DNA of 32,000 nt from Telmatocola sphagniphila. GTDB taxonomy: Bacteria > Planctomycetota > Planctomycetia > Gemmatales > Gemmataceae. The translations under genes were made by a program, and so were the position numbers. The stretch covers positions 3,180,001-3,212,000 of the forward strand of contig NZ_CP074694.1 of the NCBI RefSeq assembly GCF_018398935.1, in the 5' to 3' direction. The notes under the pieces were generated by a model. It ran no database searches. It was not told the DNA's origin and saw only the letters and a program-made list of their open reading frames with translations. This document shows, piece after piece, positions 19,848 to 26,111 of the stretch. Position 1 is the stretch's first letter. The number at the start of each line of letters is the position of its first letter.

Positions 19848-20789
19848 ATGTCCCCAGGAAGTGCTGCATACGATATAACTCGAGCTGTTGCCGATTCGAC
19901 CTACGAAAAATTTGGCACACTGGCGAAATACCTCGGTAAGCCGATCGAAGAGTGGCTGCAACCTTGGCTCATGCATCGTAAAGTGAAGTACGAGATGAGA
20001 GATAAAATCATAGCGGAAGCGACGAAAGAACAGATTGCTGTAATGCGGCAGGATCACGAATGGAATCTCGAAGATCGCGCTTCCGAGAGATGCCGCAGAG
20101 AGGAAATTCGTAGACAGCAAAATATTGAAAATATTGTTGTTAGTAGTGTCGAACAAATCCCTTCGGATCAAACGCCAATACAAATCAACGATGATTGGTC
20201 GGCGCAATTTATCGAAAATTGCAAAGATATTTCTGATGAAACGATGCAAAAATTGTGGAGCAAAATATTGGCGGGCGAGCTTAGTAAGCCAGGATCGTGC
20301 TCATTGAAAACAATGGCAATATTAAGGACCATGAACAAAAGCGATGCCGAACTATTTTCAACGCTAAAATCATTCGTTTGGGAATCAGCAGAAAGTCAAT
20401 ACATAGTAATTAATTTTGAAAAAATGCGTATATACTCTAACAACGCAATCTTCCAAAATTTTGATTATAATTCTCTAATCGATTTAGAACATTTCGGACT
20501 AATCCACTTGAGTACTCCAGCTACAATTATCCAATCTTATAACGAATTTAGTTCCGTAAGTTGGAGATACTTTGACAAATCGATCAAGCTGACAAAACGC
20601 AATAGCACTGGCAATCCAACTGGTTCAAATTTGAAAATCGACGTAGGAGAAGTTCATTTAACGAAAAGCGGCAAAGATTTGATGAGGCTTGTAAGTGGGA
20701 ATCCAATGGATTCCTATATTGAAGCGGCAGTAAAATATTTTCAAAGTAGATTTCTCAATGTCCAATTTGAGCCACAGTCGTCGCCTTGA
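19848..20789 (+). CDS. DUF2806-like protein
   Basis: The ORF is 313 codons with an ATG start in very AT-rich DNA. The central segment DDWSAQFIENCKDISDETMQKLWSKILAGELSKPGSCSLKTMAILRTMNKSDAELF matches my memory of the conserved DUF2806 core (DW..F......S.E.MQ.LWAKILAGE...PGS.SLRTL). Confidence 0.8.
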   Translation: MSPGSAAYDITRAVADSTYEKFGTLAKYLGKPIEEWLQPWLMHRKVKYEMRDKIIAEATKEQIAVMRQDHEWNLEDRASERCRREEIRRQQNIENIVVSSVEQIPSDQTPIQINDDWSAQFIENCKDISDETMQKLWSKILAGELSKPGSCSLKTMAILRTMNKSDAELFSTLKSFVWESAESQYIVINFEKMRIYSNNAIFQNFDYNSLIDLEHFGLIHLSTPATIIQSYNEFSSVSWRYFDKSIKLTKRNSTGNPTGSNLKIDVGEVHLTKSGKDLMRLVSGNPMDSYIEAAVKYFQSRFLNVQFEPQSSP

Positions 20790-21013
20790 GCAGAGAATTC
20801 AATCACGAACATTTCAGTTTGCTTTAATTCAAACGAGCGAAAAAAGTAGATGCTTCTATATCTTCGGACCTAATTTATCTTGACCCTAAAGTACTGAGCT
20901 GGCCTAATAATTCCTGAAATTTCGGAGTATCTTACTTGATCAGGCCTTTCTGCTTCTTTGCTTGCCGTTCCTATCGTTAACTTTCTCGGGTTGAGAGAAA
21001 CCTCGACTGCTAA

Positions 21014-21532
21014 TTACTTCTTCGAAATTCCGAGCCATTCATGAATCAATGGTGAAAACACGCTCGCTACAGCAGTTATCGTAGCCAGAATTCCAAAAGT
21101 AATTGCGACAACTCTATTCCAATAGTTCTGTTCTTTGTTGAACTCCTCTTGTGCTTTAGCCATCTTTGCATTGAAGGATTTTTGGTCTTCAAGTTGAGCA
21201 GCGGCCAGTTCAATTTGTTTTCTTTCCCATTGAACTCGGACATGCTCTTTTGCTGTGAAACCAGACATGTAGGGGGTGAACTCTTGGCAGTCTCGCTCTT
21301 GGTTCAAAATAAACTTGACGATACCACGGCGATCTAAATCTTTAGGTGCGGAATATTTCTCGCTATCCAGATACACCATGTTTTTAAAACATTCCAAACT
21401 TAAGCCTGTGTCCCCAGCCTTACGGTCTCGAAGACTGAATTCCAATTCGACATCTCGTTCTGAATTGTACAAATGACAGAACCCACATTCACCACACTTC
21501 ACCTTGCGATTCTGTTCTTTTTCTCCGCTCAT
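21014..21532 (-). CDS. Cysteine-cluster / coiled-coil / C-terminal TM-anchored protein (intact paralog, P1)
   Basis: The ATG at 21532 is preceded by GGAG 7 nt upstream; the ORF-track start at 21553 is a TTG. The product is 172 aa. It has N-terminal KCGECGFCH, two further conserved Cys (LECFKN, RDCQEF), a charged helical segment, and the C-terminal hydrophobic helix VVAITFGILATITAVASVF. It is homologous to the split gene upstream. Confidence 0.8.
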   Translation of the reverse strand: MSGEKEQNRKVKCGECGFCHLYNSERDVELEFSLRDRKAGDTGLSLECFKNMVYLDSEKYSAPKDLDRRGIVKFILNQERDCQEFTPYMSGFTAKEHVRVQWERKQIELAAAQLEDQKSFNAKMAKAQEEFNKEQNYWNRVVAITFGILATITAVASVFSPLIHEWLGISKK

Positions 21533-21549
21533 CGAGGTCTCCGTTTCTA

Positions 21550-21715
21550 TCAAGACGGATCTTTAGGATGTTCCACTATTTCTAAGGGTGAGCGCGATGG
21601 TTTCGGTTTCTCAGCAGTACTATTTGACGTGCTGATTGCGGCAATAATGCTCGCAATACTGGCGAACAATGCAAGAGTGCCAAATACTGCGGTCACCACT
21701 CGACTCAAAAAATTC
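21550..21715 (-). pseudogene. C-terminal fragment of the IS-disrupted paralog (P2)
   Basis: It encodes ...NFLSRVVTAVFGTLALFASIASIIAAISTS..., which aligns to the P1 C-terminus (NYWNRVVAITFGILATITAVASVFS). It abuts the IS left end at 21716. Joining it to 23140..23590 and removing one 8-bp duplication gives 609 nt, an in-frame 202-aa ORF. Confidence 0.85.
21708..21715. repeat. Target-site duplication, left copy (AAAAATTC)
   Basis: This 8-bp sequence is identical to 23140..23147 and directly flanks the IS inverted repeats. An 8-bp duplication is the size characteristic of the ISL3 family. Confidence 0.9.
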
Positions 21716-21739
21716 GGCTCTTCCGTTTTTAGGCGCAAC
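21716..21739 (+). repeat. IS left terminal inverted repeat
   Basis: See the IS entry. It matches the reverse complement of 23116-23139 at 20 of 24 positions. Confidence 0.85.
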
Positions 21740-21810
21740 TCTCGGCGAATCGGTCATTTTGGGATAGATTGCAATTGAGAGTACCCTTTTCCTGGTTCAC
21801 GGAAGCGCCG

Positions 21811-23126
21811 ATGACGACGACTACCATTGCCATAGACATGGACGTCCCTGCCGGAGTGAGCGTTGGCGAATACGAACGCATCGACGGGGGCCACGCCTTT
21901 CACGTGAGTTGGCAGTTGCCCGACAATCTTTGTTGCGAGACTTGCCGGCGTGAGTCTCCGCTTCAATTGGTGGAGAAGAACAAGTTTCTGAGCATCCGCG
22001 ATCTGGATTTGTGGGGTAAGCCGAGCTTTTTCGTGTACCAGGAGGTGTATCACCGCTGCCCGTCGTGCGGTCACCGTCAATCGCTGTTGCCGCCGTTCAA
22101 GCGTCGGGATGTGAAATATACGTTTCGCTTCGAGGAGCAGGTGCTGGTCAGTCTGATCGGGAGCACAGCCGAAGACGTGGCGGTGCGTTTGGGGATCGCC
22201 GCGGAAACGGTGGAGCGAATCGTCAAGAACCGGATAGAGGACGCCAAGGCGAAGCAGATCGATCCCCAGCGGAAGATCGAGCGTTTGGGTCTGGATGAGA
22301 TCAGCCTGCGTAAGGGGCATAAGGGATATGCGACAATATTGACGGACCTGACGAATGCGGAGCGTCCGGAGATTCTGGCTCTGTCCAAGGGTCGTGACGA
22401 AGCAGCGGGGCGAGCGTGTTTGGAGCGTTTGTCGGCCGAGCAACGGTCGGCGGTGCGTTGGCATCATACGGACATGAGCGCGGCGTATTTGAAGGCTTGC
22501 GGCGTGCATTTACCCAACAGCCAGTCGGTGATAGATCGCTTTCACGTCGCCAAGAAATTGGGTGAGGTGGCGGACGATCTGCGAAAAAAAACTATCGAGC
22601 CTACAAGCGAAGTTTGAGCGGGGAAGCCCGCAAGAAGCTGCGTTCTCAGATGCACGACTTCCGGCGTCGTCCCGAGGATTTGAAACCGGAGCAGGTCCAG
22701 GCCCTCGAGGATTTGTTCGAGAAGGTGCCTTCGTTGGGAACGATCTACCATCTGCGTTGGGAGGCGACCAAAATCTTCGATAGTGCCCCGAACCGAGCCG
22801 AAGCCTCGCGACTGTTGGAAGATTGGATCGTCCAGGCCCGCGAGACCGAGATGGATTGGGAGCCGTTCATCACGATGCTCAAGAATAACTGGGAGGGGAT
22901 CTTAGCCTACTTCGAGGAACGCAAAAGCAGCGGTCCGGTGGAAGGTCTCAATACCAAGATTCGGGTAGTGCTACGTCGGAGTTATGGAATTCAGAGTCTA
23001 ACTACGCTCTGGACGAGAGTACTCCTGGACGTGAATTGGGCTGCGAAAAAATTAGGGCCGACCATTGCAGAGATTCGCGGCTTCGTCAACCAGATACAGA
23101 AGCATTTCTCTGGATGCTACACCTAG
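21811..23126 (+). CDS. ISL3-family transposase, split into two frames at an A8 run (a -1 shift is needed for the full 438-aa product)
   Basis: The first frame is 21811..22617 and the second frame continues to 23126. A zinc-finger-like CCETC...CPSCGH is present. DDE-type motifs are GLDEISLRKGHKGYATILTDL, WHHTDMSAAYLKA and SGPVEGLNTKIRVVLRRSYG. The last of these lies in the downstream frame. Reading through the shift gives the continuous sequence ...DDLRKKNYRAYKRSLSGEARKKLRSQMH... Confidence 0.9.
22584..22591 (+). other. A8 homopolymer / A_AAA_AAA slippery heptamer at the transposase frame junction
   Basis: The sequence is cgAAAAAAAAct. In the upstream frame the codons are cga aaa aaa act, so A_AAA_AAA (22584-22590) lies in the register required for a -1 slip. 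An A9 or A6 run would be in frame. Confidence 0.7.
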
Positions 23127-23139
23127 AAACGGAAGAGCC
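23116..23139 (-). repeat. IS right terminal inverted repeat
   Basis: See the IS entry. The transposase stop codon (23124-23126) lies inside this repeat. Confidence 0.85.
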
Positions 23140-23147
23140 AAAAATTC
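23140..23147. repeat. Target-site duplication, right copy (AAAAATTC)
   Basis: It is identical to 21708..21715. Confidence 0.9.
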
Positions 23148-23590
23148 TGCCTTCTGTTGAACTCGATTTGCTTATCAACAAGTCCCTCATTGAACTCCCG
23201 CTGAGTCTTTTCTTTTTCTGCGTTCGCTCGCCTTTCTTCGGCAAGCAATTCCAAAGCCTCTCTTTTTCTCTGTTCCTCACGCTCAAAGGCGTCGTGCCCA
23301 CGTGGGCCATAACCTGGGATGTAGGAAAAAAATCCGGTGCATTTGCGCGGGTTGTTCAGGATGACTAGAACACGCATGTTTTGATCCCCTTTCAATCCCG
23401 ATTCGAGTGAGGTTTCCCTCTGGAGACCTGCAAGGCCCTTCATGCAATGAAGCCCGCATCCTTGAGCCAAATATCCTTTCTCTCTGTAGGGTTTAGTCAG
23501 TTCGTGATACTCTTGCTTTTCTGCATTATGCTGGCAGCAAAACCCACACTTCATGCACATGACATCAGGCACTTGCTTGACGGTACCCAT
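23140..23590 (-). pseudogene. N-terminal fragment of the IS-disrupted cysteine-cluster paralog (P2)
   Basis: The ATG at 23590 is preceded by GGAG 6 nt upstream, and this start aligns with the P1 start. The fragment contains CMKCGFCC, an exact CxxCGxCC pattern as in YkgJ-type cysteine-cluster domains. It also contains GLHCMKG and RKCTGF. As called (23123..23704), the ORF reads into the IS and ends at a stop inside the IS right repeat, adding the IS-derived tail WLFRF. Confidence 0.85.
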
Positions 23591-23696
23591 TATCGGCTCC
23601 GCTGACTGTAGGCATTTCAAGGGACTTCGAAGGTAATCATCAGAATTGTAAAGCGCCGGATATGTCTTGACCATCCTCGCTCGATCGCGCACAATC

Positions 23697-23717
23697 ATAC
23701 CCACTGGCAGTGGGTAT
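23697..23717. promoter_or_regulatory. Perfect 21-bp palindrome upstream of the P2/P1 gene pair
   Basis: The sequence is ATACCCACTG-G-CAGTGGGTAT, with 10-bp arms and no mismatches. It lies about 107-127 nt upstream of the P2 ATG. No T-tract follows on either strand, so an operator or structured-leader role is more plausible than a terminator. Confidence 0.4.
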
Positions 23718-23769
23718 TACCCAGTTTTCTCAATGTTTTTGATGCGATTTGCAACGGGCTGAAAAAAGG

Positions 23770-23796
23770 TAAAAAAAGCAGTTTCTCGAAGAGAAA
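23770..23796 (-). terminator. Candidate intrinsic terminator downstream of the dehydratase gene
   Basis: On the minus strand the sequence reads GTTTCTC-TTC-GAGAAAC, then TGC, then TTTTTTT. This lies about 80 nt after the stop at 23878. The stem is short and AT-rich, but the T7 tract is canonical. A second hairpin, CCATCGG-n9-CCGATGG (23828-23850), lies closer to the stop. Confidence 0.5.
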
Positions 23797-23877
23797 CAGG
23801 CGTTTACATATAAAACACACCCAGCATCCATCGGCCTCAAAAACCGATGGTTACAGCTACTCTTTCCGCCCTGTTTA

Positions 23878-25449
23878 TTACAACGTCGGCCCGATCCCCC
23901 ACGGAGCGAACTCTTCCTCGCCCACCCCGTTGATCTCGCTCTTGGTCTTCTCACCGGAAGCGACCGAGAGAATCTTTTCGAAAATCTCCTTGCCCACTTC
24001 TTCGACCGGCACCCCTTCGAGTACTCGCCCGGCGTTGATGTCCATGTCCCCTTCCATGTGCTTATACAGCGGAGAGTTCGTCGCCACCTTGATGCTCGGC
24101 GACGGCTTGCAGCCGAACACGGAGCCGCGGCCAGTCGTGAAGACCAGCACGTTCGCCCCCCCAGCGACAATCCCTGTCATACTCACCGGGTCGTATCCAG
24201 GAGTATCCATCACCACGAAGCCCTTCTTGGTCACGGGCTCGGCATAGTGGACCACGTCAACCATGGCCGTGCTTCCGGCCTTGGCGATGGCTCCCAGACT
24301 TTTTTCGTAAATCGTGGTCAGGCCGCCCTCTTTGTTGCCCACGCTCGGGTTATTGTTGATTTCCACCCCGAAAATGCTGGTATACCACTCCCACCATTTG
24401 ATGCGTTCGACCAGTTTTTCGCCGACTTCCTTGGTGACCGCCCGACGGGTGAGCAGGTGCTCGGCCCCGTAAATTTCGGTCGTCTCCCCCAGAATCGAGG
24501 TTCCCCCCTGCTGAACGATTAAATCGGAAGCGACACCCAAAGCGGGATTGGCGGTCACCCCGGAATTACCGTCCGAGCCGCCGCAGTTGGTTCCAAGAAT
24601 AATATGTTTCGCATCGACCTGCACCCGGCGGACATCGTTCGCTTTCGGCAACATATCAATGACCGCTTTGACGCCCGCCTCCACCGTTTTGCCGATCCCG
24701 CCGCACTCTTGAATCGAAAGCACCAGTGGCTTTTTCTTATCCGCATTTATTTGAATCAGATCCAGATGTTCATTCTCAATCAGGTGTGCGGCCTGACCGG
24801 TTTCGCAGCCCAAACCAATCAGAATGTAGGCCGCGACGTTGGGATGCCGGGCGAATCCGGCCAGCGTGCGATCCAACTGTTTATGATCGTCCCCACCGTA
24901 AGCCATCGCACAGCCATGTTTGTGAACGATGGGCAGAATGCCATCCACATTGGGGAAATTCTTCAGCACATCCAGGCTGCGAAGCTTCTCCGCGACATAT
25001 TTGCTGGTTGCGGCCGAACAGTTCACGGTGCTGATAATGGCGATATAGTTGCGAGTACCGTAGCGCAAATGCTCGGGCTTGGAGCTGCCGCGATCGTAGC
25101 CCATGAAGGAACGCTGCGTCGCGGGCGGCGGCGGGGGCAACGGCACTTCCGTGGAATAGGCGTAATCGCGCTCGAATTTACCGAGAATCACGTTGTGAAC
25201 GTGCACGTGTTCACCCGGATGAATATTGCGACCCGCGAAGCCGATCGTCTGACCGTATTTGGTGATCGGGTCGCCTTCCTTGATAGGTTGAACAGCGAAT
25301 TTGTGACCCATGCGAACGGGTGAGGGGAGCAACAAGGTTACTCCATCGATCTGAATTTTGGTTTCCGCCGGGATATTGCGAATTGCCACGGCCACATTAT
25401 CCTTGGGCCGCAGATGAATGCCGACTTCTTTAAGAGGAATCGCCGTCAT
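23878..25449 (-). CDS. UxaA/GarD-family sugar-acid dehydratase (altronate/galactarate dehydratase type)
   Basis: The ORF is 523 codons with an ATG preceded by GGAG. The N-terminus is SAF-like (IHLRPKDNVAVAIRNIPAETKI...MGHKFAVQPIKEGDPITKYG...GEHVHVHN). The long C-terminal domain has conserved Cys/His/Gly blocks (HKHGC, LGCETG, GTNCGGSD) typical of this family. Confidence 0.9.
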   Translation of the reverse strand: MTAIPLKEVGIHLRPKDNVAVAIRNIPAETKIQIDGVTLLLPSPVRMGHKFAVQPIKEGDPITKYGQTIGFAGRNIHPGEHVHVHNVILGKFERDYAYSTEVPLPPPPPATQRSFMGYDRGSSKPEHLRYGTRNYIAIISTVNCSAATSKYVAEKLRSLDVLKNFPNVDGILPIVHKHGCAMAYGGDDHKQLDRTLAGFARHPNVAAYILIGLGCETGQAAHLIENEHLDLIQINADKKKPLVLSIQECGGIGKTVEAGVKAVIDMLPKANDVRRVQVDAKHIILGTNCGGSDGNSGVTANPALGVASDLIVQQGGTSILGETTEIYGAEHLLTRRAVTKEVGEKLVERIKWWEWYTSIFGVEINNNPSVGNKEGGLTTIYEKSLGAIAKAGSTAMVDVVHYAEPVTKKGFVVMDTPGYDPVSMTGIVAGGANVLVFTTGRGSVFGCKPSPSIKVATNSPLYKHMEGDMDINAGRVLEGVPVEEVGKEIFEKILSVASGEKTKSEINGVGEEEFAPWGIGPTL

Positions 25450-25837
25450 GCCTGAAAACTCCGTTTAGATTGCTTACTATTCAGAGTATGCTCAGAGGCG
25501 GCCTATCGGAAGTACTCTCCCAAAAAACATGAATTCTGCGCGAAGCATTCCAGGGGCGAATTCGATCTCTCCCGCAGCTCTCCGAATCGCAATTTTCCGG
25601 AAAAGCCTCCCGATAACCGGCTATTTCCTGCAAATCCGGTGGAAAAGCGGCTGGGAGGAAGCCTTTTTCGTCTATCTGTACCGAATAAATCGACCGATCC
25701 TGAAAGGTCAAAAAAAATCGGCATTTCGGTTGATAAGGTACGTTGCGAAATCAGTTCTGGTAGGTAGAATTGAGAATTCATGAAAGTCGCTTAAGACTTT
25801 TGGGGTGACCATTAACGGCTGTGTGAGGTGGAAGTCG

Positions 25838-26044
25838 ATGGAAAAAGGGCTTTGTATCGGCTCGATGGCCGTCGCCGGGCTTCTTTTGCTCGTCTTCTTA
25901 CTCGATCTTTTGCTGGGTTTTCCTTTCAGTAGAGCCGGGGGAAGCGGCTTTTCGTCCCCATATTCGCTGGTAGATATCTGTGGTATCCTCGGTAGCGGTA
26001 TCCTGGGTTATCTGGCCTTCAATGCCTATCAGGACGTGAAATAA
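25838..26044 (+). CDS. Small two-TM membrane protein (68 aa), unknown function
   Basis: The ATG at 25838 is preceded by GAGGTGGAAG; the ORF-track start at 25805 is a GTG. There are two hydrophobic helices (MAVAGLLLLVFLLDLLLGF and ICGILGSGILGYLAF). It sits 67 nt upstream of the co-directional BatA-like gene. Evidence that it is coding is compositional only. Confidence 0.5.
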   Translation: MEKGLCIGSMAVAGLLLLVFLLDLLLGFPFSRAGGSGFSSPYSLVDICGILGSGILGYLAFNAYQDVK

Positions 26045-26111
26045 TTCTTCTTTCTCACAACGTGGTAATTAGCTCGGTCCGATTGTAAAATCAGATAGAG
26101 CTAAAACAACC

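Larger units (their letters stand above)
21716..23139 (+). mobile_element. Complete ISL3-family insertion sequence (1424 bp)
   Basis: The left inverted repeat is GGCTCTTCCGTTTTTAGGCGCAAC (21716-21739). The reverse complement of 23116-23139 is GGCTCTTCCGTTTCTAGGTGTAGC. The two match at 20 of 24 positions, with the first 13 identical. The GGCTCTT terminus is typical of ISL3. The element is flanked by an 8-bp direct repeat and encodes an ISL3-type transposase. Confidence 0.9.

Noticed and set aside
20981-21000. A hairpin, TTTCTC-n7-GAGAAA, between the convergent DUF2806 and P1 genes, considered as a possible bidirectional terminator.
   Set aside because: It has a 6-bp AT-rich stem and no T-tract on either strand. 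That is not enough to call a terminator.
21754-22509. A 251-codon minus-strand ORF inside the IS.
   Set aside because: It is antisense to the clearly recognisable ISL3 transposase. The translation is arginine-rich and low-complexity.
23730-24170. A 146-codon minus-strand ORF overlapping the 3' end of the dehydratase gene in another frame.
   Set aside because: It is an alternative frame of a strongly supported gene. The translation is Arg/Ser-rich nonsense.
25481-25783. Three overlapping 76-92-codon ORFs in the 388-bp divergent intergenic region between the dehydratase gene and the small membrane ORF.
   Set aside because: They are mutually exclusive, have no RBS or motifs, and use non-coding-like composition. 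The region is more plausibly promoter and leader DNA. I saw no convincing riboswitch-like structure by eye.
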